IMG/VR virus record: IMGVR_UViG_3300032220_001032
Coordinates: 1,163-65,162 of that record
Origin: a virus
Lineage: Duplodnaviria; Caudoviricetes
DNA length: 64,000 nt
Direction: 5' to 3' (one strand)
The translations under genes and the position numbers were made by a program. Below, one piece after another: positions 16,937-27,937 of the stretch. Each line of letters begins with the position of its first letter. Position 1 is the first letter of the stretch. A model generated the notes under the pieces. The model ran no database searches. It had not been told where the DNA came from and saw nothing but the letters and a program-made list of their open reading frames with translations.

Positions 16937-19900
16937 TTAACCTCCTCCTAAGGCAATGATGAGTGGAGTTACTTCAGACTGAAGACTCTTACTGAATGCT
17001 GTTCCACTGATAGTACCAGTGTTTTGATTGATTGTAATACCTTCACTAATTCTAAAGTTACCTCCTTGATCTGTGCTGGTGAAAGGAACTCTTCCTCCAG
17101 CAGTTGCAACAATTTGATTTTCATCAATTGGAACTGCAGCCTTAGAGGGAATTGCATTAACAATATCTGTGCCTGTTCCTATATATTCAAATGTAATACC
17201 AGAAGCAATAATCTTGCTTGCCTGGAAGAAGTTTACTGAAGCTCCTGCAGAAACAGGGTATGTAATAAACTGATCAAAAGTAACAGTTGTGATTCCAGTT
17301 GGATCAACTGGAGTTGCTGCAACCACATTAAAATATAATTTCTCCATGATTGCAGTTGCAGTAGCTGTTGTTCCAACCCCAACACCAATAACTGGAGGAG
17401 GAGCAATAGTAACTGTTGGTGCAGTAACTCCATATCCAGTTCCAGAAACTAGAATGGAAATATTGCCAATGGTTCCATCTGGATTTACATCATCTTCAAA
17501 AATTGTCAGTTCAGCTGGAATTGCATCATCTCCAAGCTCAGGTAAACCAATTTGAACTTCAACTGGAGCACCAACTTCATATCCAAATCCAGGATTATCA
17601 ATTCTGAGTGAACTTACAAAGTAGTATTGAGTATCAATAAATGATACTTGACCATCATAAGGTCTTTGTCCTCTTGGCAATTGTTTCTCTGGGATTTGAT
17701 TAGTTCCAATGCCAATTACACTTGTAATAATTCCTGCACTTGTTCTGATTGTATTTTGAATTCCTAATCCCCATCCATTTTTGTCTAAATCTTTATATTG
17801 TGGGATGCTGCTAATTCCACTCTGATATGACTTAGGTAGATTTAAATTTTGAATAACATAAGTTGAAATTCCAGCAAGATACTTAATTGATTCAACCTCT
17901 CCTGTAGCAACATATCCAGTTGTAAATCCAGTTGGAATTGGATTTGAATCTCCAAGATATGTGACTCTATAATCAACAGCATCTCTATATGCTAATGCTG
18001 TGTCTATAGCATTGATATTACTTTGCTGAATTAAATCTAAAGCAAATGTTTCAACTATAATTTTAGTATCTCTCTTACACTTGTCCCTACCATTTACAAT
18101 TCCGCCATAATCAAAGATTGTTCCCAGTCCTGCATATGGACCATCAGTACTAGTTACAAATCCAACAACTTCATTTGCTAAGAAATCTGCATTTGCTCTT
18201 AAAAGATCAATAGCATTGTCATATGCTTGTGTTCTTCCTGCTCCAACATTAAGAACAAGAGTATCAATATTATCTCCTTCTGGAGTGACAGTTACAATAC
18301 CAACATACTGAAGTGGAGTTGTTCCATTTGCCCACAAACCATAGTTACCAAAAGAAGCATTACTGTTGTTCATGTCACAGACACCACCAGTGTCATTGTA
18401 AACAGCAATGTCACAGCAGATTGTGAATAAGGAAACTAACTGAGCATATCCAAAGTTAGTGATAGAAACACCAATACCATTTTGATTGTACTGAGTATAA
18501 GCATCAAGAACCATAGACTTAAATCCACCTGCTCTTGCCCCATCAATTCTCATTCCAATACTGTCTGGAACAAAGTTTGTGCAGTTCTGTACATATGGAG
18601 ATTGCCAATTTTGCTCAGTTCCATCTGCATATCCCAATCCTCTTGTTGGGAATGACACCATTGCATTTGGATTTGCTTGCCCAACAAAAGATTGCTGTGC
18701 AATATAGCAACCTCTTCTCACATGATATAAGTCAGTTAATGCTCTTGTTGAAACTAGAGTTCTTCTCAGATCTTCTCCAACAACTGCAACTCTTTCTGGA
18801 ACTTGAATTGGACCATCTTCTACATATAGTCCTGCAAATACCTTAACAGTATCTCCTGGTTGAGCAACTGAACATGCTTTTTTAATGGTTAAGAAAGCTC
18901 CACCTGGAGTGTCTCCAATATTACTATCATTGCCATACTTAGCAACAAACCACTCATTTCCTACTTTTGCTCCTGGTGGTTGCCAAGTTAATTCTCCATA
19001 AGGGCTATTAATTTTTGGAGCACTTGCTGAACCAGTTCCAATAATTGTGGTTACAATCCCAACACAAGAGTGAATTGCTGAATATACATTTGCACAAGCA
19101 TTTGGATTAGTATTGCTATCACCATCTGGAAGAAGTTCAGTGTCAAATAGTTGTGCTACACTAGTAATTCCAGTAATAGTTCTAGATGCTGGTAATGTAT
19201 CAGAACCAATAGCATTTGTAATGATTAAGAAGAATGTTGAAATTGCAGATGCTTGATCTGCGCAATCTCCAGAGATATAAACTCCAGGAAGTCCAGATTG
19301 ATCTCCAATTACAGTGTTATCAATATATTGAGTTAATGCTGTATACCCACCAAGAGTAATAGTTTGATTACGCATGGCTTGAATTGCCATGTCTCTTGCT
19401 TGATTGAATGCAAATATAGATTCTGTCTCTTCTCCAGCAAGATAAGCATTGTCTATATAAATTTTTGCTGCATCATATACTTCATTATTTCCACCAAACT
19501 CTAAGTTAAAGCAAATTGCTTCAAGAACTGCAATAATATCATCAACACATTCTTGATTTCCACCAGGAACAGAAAATCCAGAGAAGTTGGCAAGCATTCT
19601 ACCAACTGCTACCTCTGCAATAAGAACTTTATTTGCACGAATTAATCTTGCAGCATCAGCATAAAGTCCATTTACAGGAGGAGTTTGATAAGACTTTGGA
19701 AGTCTTGAATTATTGATTACATATCTTGCAAGAGTAGAAATGCTACTAAATCCAACTAAAGTTGCTCGCTTAACATATCCAGTGGTAAATCCAGTTGGGA
19801 TTGTAGCAGAATCATCAAGATACTTTAATGTTGCTCCTTGATAGTAGGATAATCCAGCTCCAACTGATTTAGAATTTCCTCCCTTTGAGATGTCAAAAGC

Positions 19901-21418
19901 AATGGCATCAATAATATATCCAATATCTCTCCTGCACTTTGCTCTACCAGTTGCAACTCCAACAGTTCCATAATCAAAATATGGACCATAATATCCAAAA
20001 GGACCATCAGTGCTTGTGATGAATCCTACAATCTCATTTGCAATAAATTCTTTGTTTCTGACAAGAAGATTTGCAGCATCTAAAAATCTTCCTGGAATAT
20101 TATACTTGGATGCTAGTACAGAATATGCAAATCCTACATTATTGTCTTTATCTACTACCTCTCCTCTAATTCTAATATCACCATCTACATCTAAGGTTCT
20201 TGTTGGAACATCAGTTCCAATAGAAACCAAAGGTTGGATTAACTTCTTAAAGTCTGTTCCTATAGTTCCATATACTGCTTCACTAGTAAAGAACTCAGAA
20301 GCAGTTAAAACTGTTCCTGCAATTCCAACATCAAGTTGTCCAGTTGTTGTAACTCCAAGAACTTTTAAATTTCCTATTGTGGAAGTAGTAACAGTTTCTG
20401 TTGCAATGGTTGCAATTCCTACTGTTGCTATTCCTGTTACTGATTGGGTTACACTTGCAAAACCAACATAAATTTGATTGCCAGTTGCAATACCAATAAA
20501 AGCATCTGTAATTGAAGCAAATCCAACTGTTGCGAATCCTACATACAGATCAGTTACAGAAGCAACTCCAACTGTTGCAATGCCTATTATAGTTTGAGTA
20601 ATAGTAGCAAATCCAATATTTGCTGTTCCTATTCCTGCTACTGCTATTGTAGATTCTACAACAGTTGAGAATCCTACAAGTTCATCTGTAATTGAAGCAA
20701 ATCCAACTGTAGCAGTGGTTATTGTTGCAGTGCTAATGCCAGCAGTTATAATTGTAGAAAGTCCTACTCTTTCCTGAACAATATTTGCATAGGTAATAGT
20801 AGATATTCCTATGGTGGCATTAGTTATAGATGCAACTCCTATAGTACCTATAGAAACATTTGCATTTAATAAAGTTGCTCTTTCTACAGTAGAAACACCT
20901 ACAATTTGATCAGTAATTGTAGCAAATCCAATCGTAGATATTCCAACAGTTTCTACTGCAATTAAAGCATTTCCTACAGTAGCAACCCCCACAATTGTGG
21001 CAGTTGTCATTGATGTAAATCCAGATATCCTTGCATTTTGAAGGACATCTAGATTGTATTTTGGAATTGTAGATCCAATACCTACAGATCCAAGTCCAGT
21101 TATTACTACAGACTCTGAACCAACTATATTAACTTTAAATTTATTGTTAGGACCTGGAGCATCATCAATACCAAGTCCATCAGTTATGTATGCAGTTCCA
21201 TCTACATCCAATTCAAAATTGGGTGCAGTTACATTGACTCCTAACTTATCCCCTACTCTTAAATCTGTTTCAATATATGCATCACCAACAACATCCAGAT
21301 TATAATCAGCTGATGTTTTACCTATAGAAACTCTTCTTGTTACAGCATCAGCAAATAATGCTTGAGTTCCTACACCAAGACCAGTTCTGACTACAAAATA
21401 GTTCTCTTGTGATGGCAT
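16937..21418 (-). CDS. Large tail-fibre/structural protein (1493 aa)
   Basis: GIGT/LDV fibre motifs, GxATI repeats, three-fold internal repeat, FEYIG...TDQGGNFRI C-terminus; TATAAATA at 21445-21452. Confidence 0.8.
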   Translation of the reverse strand: MPSQENYFVVRTGLGVGTQALFADAVTRRVSIGKTSADYNLDVVGDAYIETDLRVGDKLGVNVTAPNFELDVDGTAYITDGLGIDDAPGPNNKFKVNIVGSESVVITGLGSVGIGSTIPKYNLDVLQNARISGFTSMTTATIVGVATVGNALIAVETVGISTIGFATITDQIVGVSTVERATLLNANVSIGTIGVASITNATIGISTITYANIVQERVGLSTIITAGISTATITTATVGFASITDELVGFSTVVESTIAVAGIGTANIGFATITQTIIGIATVGVASVTDLYVGFATVGFASITDAFIGIATGNQIYVGFASVTQSVTGIATVGIATIATETVTTSTIGNLKVLGVTTTGQLDVGIAGTVLTASEFFTSEAVYGTIGTDFKKLIQPLVSIGTDVPTRTLDVDGDIRIRGEVVDKDNNVGFAYSVLASKYNIPGRFLDAANLLVRNKEFIANEIVGFITSTDGPFGYYGPYFDYGTVGVATGRAKCRRDIGYIIDAIAFDISKGGNSKSVGAGLSYYQGATLKYLDDSATIPTGFTTGYVKRATLVGFSSISTLARYVINNSRLPKSYQTPPVNGLYADAARLIRANKVLIAEVAVGRMLANFSGFSVPGGNQECVDDIIAVLEAICFNLEFGGNNEVYDAAKIYIDNAYLAGEETESIFAFNQARDMAIQAMRNQTITLGGYTALTQYIDNTVIGDQSGLPGVYISGDCADQASAISTFFLIITNAIGSDTLPASRTITGITSVAQLFDTELLPDGDSNTNPNACANVYSAIHSCVGIVTTIIGTGSASAPKINSPYGELTWQPPGAKVGNEWFVAKYGNDSNIGDTPGGAFLTIKKACSVAQPGDTVKVFAGLYVEDGPIQVPERVAVVGEDLRRTLVSTRALTDLYHVRRGCYIAQQSFVGQANPNAMVSFPTRGLGYADGTEQNWQSPYVQNCTNFVPDSIGMRIDGARAGGFKSMVLDAYTQYNQNGIGVSITNFGYAQLVSLFTICCDIAVYNDTGGVCDMNNSNASFGNYGLWANGTTPLQYVGIVTVTPEGDNIDTLVLNVGAGRTQAYDNAIDLLRANADFLANEVVGFVTSTDGPYAGLGTIFDYGGIVNGRDKCKRDTKIIVETFALDLIQQSNINAIDTALAYRDAVDYRVTYLGDSNPIPTGFTTGYVATGEVESIKYLAGISTYVIQNLNLPKSYQSGISSIPQYKDLDKNGWGLGIQNTIRTSAGIITSVIGIGTNQIPEKQLPRGQRPYDGQVSFIDTQYYFVSSLRIDNPGFGYEVGAPVEVQIGLPELGDDAIPAELTIFEDDVNPDGTIGNISILVSGTGYGVTAPTVTIAPPPVIGVGVGTTATATAIMEKLYFNVVAATPVDPTGITTVTFDQFITYPVSAGASVNFFQASKIIASGITFEYIGTGTDIVNAIPSKAAVPIDENQIVATAGGRVPFTSTDQGGNFRISEGITINQNTGTISGTAFSKSLQSEVTPLIIALGGG

Positions 21419-21457
21419 CGGGTTCCACTATCCCCCTTTTGATTTATTTATAAGAAA

Positions 21458-24400
21458 TTAAAATGTTCTCTGAATAAAGGCTAATGCATAGTATGGAGGG
21501 AGATTTTGATCAGTTCCAGAAGATCCCACTGTTGAAGCAGATGGTTCTGTGTATACTGGAGATGCTGAAGATGAACTAAAGGAAACACCAGTTACAGCAT
21601 TAGCTCCCCCACTACTTCTTCCTTGTTGAGATGTGCTAACACTACCACTAGTTAAGAATGTTCCAGTCACACTACCACCACTTATAGTGTGTGAGTGAGA
21701 AACTACTATGGCATCCTTGGTTCCACCTGTTTTAGTGCTGGAACCAGTAACAGTAGTTGTAGCAGTGGTAACACCAACAACTGCATCAACAGAAGCACCA
21801 ATGATAAATCTGTTTCTCAAATCTGGAGTTCCATTTGAACCATTACATAATGACCATCCAGTTGGAATACTTGCAATGGTTCCAGACCACATAATGATTC
21901 CACCAAGTGGAATGGTTCCATATCCATTAATTGTAGATGGAGCAGTAACTGTTACAATTCCTGCAATTTTAACATTTCCACTTACACCTAGATGATCAGT
22001 TACATTAACTGTTCCTCCAGCAGAATTTAAATATAAATTATCTGCTGCAGTATCTATTGTGGTGGCAGAGGTTAATCCAACTGTAACATTATCAATCTTA
22101 GCATCATTTCCAACAATTAAATCATCTCCTATTGAAACACCACCAACAACAACTACTGTTGCAAGTGAAGTATTCACTGCAGGTTGATTATTCTGGAAAG
22201 TTGTGATTCCAACAAAAGCAGAATCTGATTCTACAGTAAGATCCCCAAGTGTTACATTAGCTGTTGATGCATCTATAAGATCATTTACTGTAAGGTTATT
22301 AACCTCTAAAGAATCAACAGTTGCTTCTTCTCCCTCATTTTCAATTGGTGCACCAACCTCAGTTTGATTACCTGTTACTGCATCAAACTTAGTTTTTCCA
22401 ATGTAGAATTCTCCATTACTATTCATCCCAGTATATACAACAACCCCACCTTGACTGACAAGAGACTGAGATGTTAAAACTTCACTTTCTGTTAATATTC
22501 TATCTTGATTGGTTGGCATACCAGTTGAATAGTTTCCTGGTCCAAATCCAACATATTCAAATGTATGTCCAGAAGCTCTAATAATAGAATTTCTTCTTGT
22601 TTCTATAGGAACTGATGTAATTCTCCTAATTGCAGTGCCATTAGAGTGTTGTTGAACTTTTGTTCCAAAAATTCCTCTTCTTACATAAATTTCACCTCCA
22701 GAAACTTTTGTCACCAACATTATTTCTGATCCAATTTGTATTACATCTCCCTTTTGAAGTCCATACAAGTTTGAAACTAAGAAATTTATTGATGTTGTTG
22801 TTATTGTTTGAAGAGTTTTTGATTTAAATCCACTATAAAGAGCAAAGTGTCTAGAGGCAAGATTTTCATTTTCTTTATCTGTATCTTTTGAAATAGGAGA
22901 AAATCCATAAGAATAAACTCTAGTTGCAGATCCAGCATCTCCTTTAACTGTAAATGAAGTTATTCCCAATACATTATTAACTGTACAAATTCCAATGGAT
23001 CCCCCAGTAAGAATTTGATCATCAAAAATTACTTTTGTGCCAACCTCAAAATGATGTGGTTGTTGTGTGGTAATTGTAGTATTGTTTGTAACTGGACTAT
23101 ATACTGATCCATCAGATGAAGTAGTAAGTTGATATGCAGGACCACCCCAAGTAATTACACCTTGTTCTGGAGATTCTGGAACACAAGAGTTGTTATAGCA
23201 AGTTATTGTGTTGCTGGTAAAACTCTTAATAATGAAAGTTCCATTATTGCCTTCATTGCCACATCCTAAAATTTGAACAGTATCTGCATCTGTTGCACTA
23301 GTATTTGTTGATGCAACAATAAAAGTTGCAGAAGTAGAAGATCCAGGTATGCCTCTTGCAGTAACAGTGTTTCCAACGACATATCCAGAACCAAAATTAG
23401 AAATTATTACATCAGTAACTACATTTCCACTAACAGTAACTGTGCAGGTAGCATCAGCACCTGCTCCTCCACATAAAGGAATGTCATAGTAAGTTCCATT
23501 GACATAACCTGATCCAGCATTGCTGATAGTTAGTCTGGAAATTCCACCAAATCCATGATTTGTTGCTGTTGTAATTGTACAAATTCCAACTCCACCAATA
23601 GTAGTGTCTTGGTATGTGGTTATTCCAGTAATTGATTTTGCAACATTTAAATCTTTTAATAAAGATGCTATGGTTTCTTTTGTTGTGCTTTTTTTATTAT
23701 CATTTAACTCAGTTGTTCCAATATTTTTTCTAGACGCCTTTGTTATTGCTGCATCTGGATCAGAATTAGGATTATCAGAATCTAAAGATGGATATAATCT
23801 TTCAATATTTTGGGAAAACTTGTATGAATCTACATTAAATGGAGAAACATTTGGAACATTTTTAAATGCATTGATTGTAGCATGATAGATTCCATCAGTG
23901 ACTCCCTCTTGATATTGAGAAATTTTTACTACATCATAAATTTGATAGTCGTTTGATAATTCTGTTTGAGTAAAGTATGGCAAATTGCTTCTATTTGCAT
24001 CATAAATGGTGTATGGAGGAATTCTATAGTTAGATGTTTGAGCACAATCTCTAACTGTTAACCAAGATTGTGCAGTAGAAATTCCAACACTAATTGTTCC
24101 AGGGTCTCTTGTAATTGTGTAAGTAAATCTAAGTTCATTTACTACAGAAGCTACAGTAAATTCTCCATTAAATCCAGATCCTGTTCCCAACCCTACTGGG
24201 TTTGGTTCTGCAGAACTCTTTAAATTATAGATTTTTATAGGATCTCCAACTTTTAAGTTGTGAGGTTTGCTTGTAATTATGGTTGCTGTTCCTGTATCAT
24301 ACCAAGCATCTATAATTGCTCCCTTGTTTCTGGTAAAAGATAGTTCATTTGAAGTACCAGAAACTAAATCAGCAGTTTCTGATTGGAAAGTCAAAGAAGA

Positions 24401-26806
24401 AAGAGAATTTGATGGTCTTTGAATAATAAATCCAGAAGTAATATCAGATGCAGATTGTGCTTCTTTTGGTATGACTATTCTTACTCTGTAAGTCTTGTCT
24501 TTTGGTGGTCTACTATCAAGTTTTCTCTTGACATATGATCCTGGGGCACTAACAAGAGCTAGAGCATTAAAGAATCCTGTAGTGTAAGTTGCTCCAAATC
24601 CTACAGTGGTTACTCCAACATACCAGTTTTGATTTGTAGAATCCCACTGAATTGGGTGTCCAATGTCTCCAGGTTCTTTTTGTGATACTCTACTTACAAA
24701 AGATAAATTAGAAAATCCAAGTCCAACTTGATTTTTTATGTCTACGATATTAGTGTCACTAGTAGCATCTGCTATATTTTCATATAATTTAATTCCAGTA
24801 TCTCCAGATAATCTTATGTTATATAATTTATTTGATTCAATACCATCTGGAAGAACTCCATTTTTAGAAACAATTCTTCCGGATATCCCTGTTGAAATTC
24901 CAGAAATATCTGTTCCAGTTGATCCCAAACCAACCAAAGTAATAATATTAGTTACAGTATCAATTGCTTGAATATTATATTCAACTCCAAAAGTATTAGC
25001 AATAGGAGCAGAATATTCTATATTAGCAGCTTTAAAATTAATAAATTCACTCTTTGCTGCACCAACAACAAATCCTCTTACATTTGATCTGGGGGGATTT
25101 AATAGATCAGTATAGTCTTTAAAGTAAATTTTAGTATTTTGATTGGATGGTCCTAGAGCTATAGTTTTAGGAGCATCTATTTTTTCATACCTAATTTGAT
25201 TAACTTTATCATTAATTTCTTTTGGTTGAATTATATGAGTTATATAAGCATGATTATCTTTTGCTAAAACATCTTTTTTGTATCCACTTGAAAATAAAGA
25301 TATTTGTCCAAAATTACTGTTTGAGTTTGTAATTGATTGGTCTCCACCAGTATCAGTAATAAATTGCTTTGCATATCCAATAGCAAAAATTGAGACGCAC
25401 TGAATAAATGCATTATTTGATGCTTTTATATGGCAAGTTTCCCAAGAAGGTCTATATCTTGCTCTTGAGGATTGATGTAAAAACTTATCTACACCAAAGT
25501 TAGTTTGAAACTTATAAGATCCTGATACCTCATCATATTCAGCAAATGCTCTATCATCTTTTTGTAGAGAAATCCCAGTAAACTGGGCAGTAACCATAGA
25601 CTTAAATCCCTTTGCCTTAGATCCATCTGCATGAATTCCATTCATACCATATACAGACTTCAAACTCAAGTTGAAGAAATATGGAGAAGCAGATGAAACT
25701 GTATCTGAAATTACCTTGACAGTAGCTCCAGTAACACTTGGGTTTAGTGTTTGACTAGGAACTCCTGATACTAAATATGTAAATTCAGTTGTACTTGTAA
25801 CTTGAGCAACTATAAAATTGCCATTATATTCTAATTCTGAAACTGGACCTTCATCTTGAGCAAGACCAGAAACTATAATTGGAGTAAATGGAGATAGATT
25901 GTGGGGAGATGCTGTTTGAACAGTAATTACATTAGTCCCACTTACACCATTTCCAGAAATCGCAGATGTGATAATAATAGAACCAGATCCTAGTTCTCCA
26001 ACTATTCTGTTTTCATCTACGTTTGGTTGGAAATTAGCATATCCATCTAAAATAGATCTATTGGATTGTGCCCCATATCCAAGGCTTAATTTATAATAAT
26101 AATTGTCTAGATCTGTGTGGGTTGTATCTACATCATTATAAAAAATATTGTTAGTATCATCTGCATATTCAAATGCAGTCAATTTGTGGTGAGAATATGT
26201 TGGAGTTACAGAGTTTGCAGTATAGTTGCTATAACACTTTCCTAATGGATCTCCATCAAAAATTGTAAATCCATAAATGTAACAAGCACCTGTTACTTTA
26301 AATATGGCAGATGGATCTATATTATCATCTACAGGATCTGGTACAAATTTTGGTCTGATTTTAGTTTTTCTAAGATCAGAAGCAACAATTGAAGTTCCCT
26401 TTGGGACAATAACTCCTCCACTAGCGCTATTATAAATGTAAAGTTGGTTTGCTGGATCAGTTAAATCAAAATTGCTAGAAATATTAAATTCTGATATTGT
26501 TCTTACTGCACCATTAACATCTCTGATAACATTAGATTCATCTATCCAATATCCAGGTCTATTATCAATAAAGTGAGTTCCTGGTGAAATTAAAATGGTT
26601 GTCTGATCAAACAAATCGTTGTTTGTTCCTGGAATATATGCAAATCTTGCAGCTTCAAGTAGCGCCCTTTGAATAGTTTTAAATGGTCTTAATCTTGAAT
26701 TACCTCTATTTTCAATAGAATCAGATGCATCTAATTCATTTGGATCAACATAAAGAGTATTACCATTCAAATTTTTCAAAAAGTTCTCTAGTCTCGCTAA
26801 AGGCAT
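21458..26806 (-). CDS. Large tail-fibre protein with C-terminal tail-collar domain
   Basis: MPLARLENFLKN; PFKTIQRAL; IPLGGIIMWSG...GWSLCNG.NGTPDLRNRF...NLPPYYALAFIQR. Confidence 0.85.
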   Translation of the reverse strand: MPLARLENFLKNLNGNTLYVDPNELDASDSIENRGNSRLRPFKTIQRALLEAARFAYIPGTNNDLFDQTTILISPGTHFIDNRPGYWIDESNVIRDVNGAVRTISEFNISSNFDLTDPANQLYIYNSASGGVIVPKGTSIVASDLRKTKIRPKFVPDPVDDNIDPSAIFKVTGACYIYGFTIFDGDPLGKCYSNYTANSVTPTYSHHKLTAFEYADDTNNIFYNDVDTTHTDLDNYYYKLSLGYGAQSNRSILDGYANFQPNVDENRIVGELGSGSIIITSAISGNGVSGTNVITVQTASPHNLSPFTPIIVSGLAQDEGPVSELEYNGNFIVAQVTSTTEFTYLVSGVPSQTLNPSVTGATVKVISDTVSSASPYFFNLSLKSVYGMNGIHADGSKAKGFKSMVTAQFTGISLQKDDRAFAEYDEVSGSYKFQTNFGVDKFLHQSSRARYRPSWETCHIKASNNAFIQCVSIFAIGYAKQFITDTGGDQSITNSNSNFGQISLFSSGYKKDVLAKDNHAYITHIIQPKEINDKVNQIRYEKIDAPKTIALGPSNQNTKIYFKDYTDLLNPPRSNVRGFVVGAAKSEFINFKAANIEYSAPIANTFGVEYNIQAIDTVTNIITLVGLGSTGTDISGISTGISGRIVSKNGVLPDGIESNKLYNIRLSGDTGIKLYENIADATSDTNIVDIKNQVGLGFSNLSFVSRVSQKEPGDIGHPIQWDSTNQNWYVGVTTVGFGATYTTGFFNALALVSAPGSYVKRKLDSRPPKDKTYRVRIVIPKEAQSASDITSGFIIQRPSNSLSSLTFQSETADLVSGTSNELSFTRNKGAIIDAWYDTGTATIITSKPHNLKVGDPIKIYNLKSSAEPNPVGLGTGSGFNGEFTVASVVNELRFTYTITRDPGTISVGISTAQSWLTVRDCAQTSNYRIPPYTIYDANRSNLPYFTQTELSNDYQIYDVVKISQYQEGVTDGIYHATINAFKNVPNVSPFNVDSYKFSQNIERLYPSLDSDNPNSDPDAAITKASRKNIGTTELNDNKKSTTKETIASLLKDLNVAKSITGITTYQDTTIGGVGICTITTATNHGFGGISRLTISNAGSGYVNGTYYDIPLCGGAGADATCTVTVSGNVVTDVIISNFGSGYVVGNTVTARGIPGSSTSATFIVASTNTSATDADTVQILGCGNEGNNGTFIIKSFTSNTITCYNNSCVPESPEQGVITWGGPAYQLTTSSDGSVYSPVTNNTTITTQQPHHFEVGTKVIFDDQILTGGSIGICTVNNVLGITSFTVKGDAGSATRVYSYGFSPISKDTDKENENLASRHFALYSGFKSKTLQTITTTSINFLVSNLYGLQKGDVIQIGSEIMLVTKVSGGEIYVRRGIFGTKVQQHSNGTAIRRITSVPIETRRNSIIRASGHTFEYVGFGPGNYSTGMPTNQDRILTESEVLTSQSLVSQGGVVVYTGMNSNGEFYIGKTKFDAVTGNQTEVGAPIENEGEEATVDSLEVNNLTVNDLIDASTANVTLGDLTVESDSAFVGITTFQNNQPAVNTSLATVVVVGGVSIGDDLIVGNDAKIDNVTVGLTSATTIDTAADNLYLNSAGGTVNVTDHLGVSGNVKIAGIVTVTAPSTINGYGTIPLGGIIMWSGTIASIPTGWSLCNGSNGTPDLRNRFIIGASVDAVVGVTTATTTVTGSSTKTGGTKDAIVVSHSHTISGGSVTGTFLTSGSVSTSQQGRSSGGANAVTGVSFSSSSASPVYTEPSASTVGSSGTDQNLPPYYALAFIQRTF

Positions 26807-26838
26807 TGTGAGTATCCTTGCGTATTTTTCTTCTGACT

Positions 26839-26854
26839 TATTTATCAATAAATA
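26839..26854. promoter_or_regulatory. Divergent T4-type late promoters
   Basis: TATTTAT-CA-ATAAATA between divergent structural genes. Confidence 0.7.
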
Positions 26855-26877
26855 CCATTACCAATCTTTTGTAATTT

Positions 26878-27651
26878 ATGGCAATTAGTACAAATACTGA
26901 GGCTTTGATATCTCTGTATCAACAAAAAATAACTTCAGATACAGAACAAATTGAACAAGTTACATACACTGAAAATGGATTTACCACTCAGTTAGCAGAT
27001 GGTACTAATTTTAAATTATATGGCATTCAAGAAACTTTAGATCTCTATAGTTATCCTATTGAAAAACTAGACACTAGAATAGTAGAACTAAACACTCAAA
27101 TAGTTGGACTTCAAAATACTATTCTAAATGTAGGTCAAACTGCAAATAGTTGTGGATGTGGTGGAGCAACAGGATTTACTACAACAGGAACTCCATTTTT
27201 TATTGGCATTAACACCACAACAGTAACTGCAGATACTCTTCCATACAGAGGATATGCATATACATCTCCAAATCCATTTGCTGCAACTAGTGGAACTTTA
27301 AATTTATCAAATGTTGGAATTGGAACAGAAGATCTAACTGGATCTACATCACTAGGAGTTTATTATGGAAATGTTGGAACTGCTAGAACCACACTACCAG
27401 TTTGTCCTGGGGTAACTAACTGCACTGGATATGCCACTTCTATTACAAATCTAACAAGTCAAATAACCACATTACAATCTACAAGAAATGATTTGATTGC
27501 AAAAGTAAATTATTTAAAGAAAGAAAGGATAAGATTTGAAATTAGGAAATATGGATTTGAGAGACAAAAAGAAGAACTTAATGCTGAATTAAGTGTTAGT
27601 AACACAATCATAAGTTTTCTTCAAGATCCTGCAAATGAAGAATGGTTGTAA
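26878..27651 (+). CDS. Virion structural protein (coiled-coil, Cys pairs)
   Basis: ORF track; late promoter upstream. Confidence 0.75.
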   Translation: MAISTNTEALISLYQQKITSDTEQIEQVTYTENGFTTQLADGTNFKLYGIQETLDLYSYPIEKLDTRIVELNTQIVGLQNTILNVGQTANSCGCGGATGFTTTGTPFFIGINTTTVTADTLPYRGYAYTSPNPFAATSGTLNLSNVGIGTEDLTGSTSLGVYYGNVGTARTTLPVCPGVTNCTGYATSITNLTSQITTLQSTRNDLIAKVNYLKKERIRFEIRKYGFERQKEELNAELSVSNTIISFLQDPANEEWL

Positions 27652-27721
27652 AAACCCTACAGAAAATTTTTACCCAGAATTTTTTTTGCCCCTTTTTTGG
27701 AATTAAAGGTCAATTTTGAAA

Positions 27722-27806
27722 TAGGAGTGGGGAGACTTGAACTCCCACGAGCATAATGCTCAACAGATTTTAAGTCTGGTGTGTCTACCGATTCCACCAC
27801 ACTCCC
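27722..27806 (-). tRNA. trnL: tRNA-Leu(TAA), CCA not encoded
   Basis: GGGAGTG/CACTCCT-A acceptor, loop CTTAAAA, long variable arm GAGCA-TTA-TGCTC, TTCAAGT T loop. Confidence 0.95.
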
Positions 27807-27809
27807 ATA

Positions 27810-27897
27810 AGAGGACTTACCCAGCCTCAGAGAATTTGCAGCATCCACTAATCAAATTCTCTTCACAGGCACGGTGCCTCTGCACTTCCTTCACACT
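27810..27897 (-). ncRNA. Structured leader / candidate ncRNA upstream of tRNA-Leu
   Basis: 10-bp perfect stem AGAGAATTTG/CAAATTCTCT with flanking hairpins. Confidence 0.4.
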
Positions 27898-27902
27898 TGA
27901 GT

Positions 27903-27931
27903 AATATAACAGAAAACAATTGAGATGTCAA
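27903..27931 (-). promoter_or_regulatory. Sigma70 promoter for tRNA-Leu
   Basis: TTGACA-N17-TATATT. Confidence 0.75.
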
Positions 27932-27937
27932 GTCTAT

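Noticed and set aside
27657-27848. 63-aa ORF
   Set aside because: Overlaps tRNA-Leu
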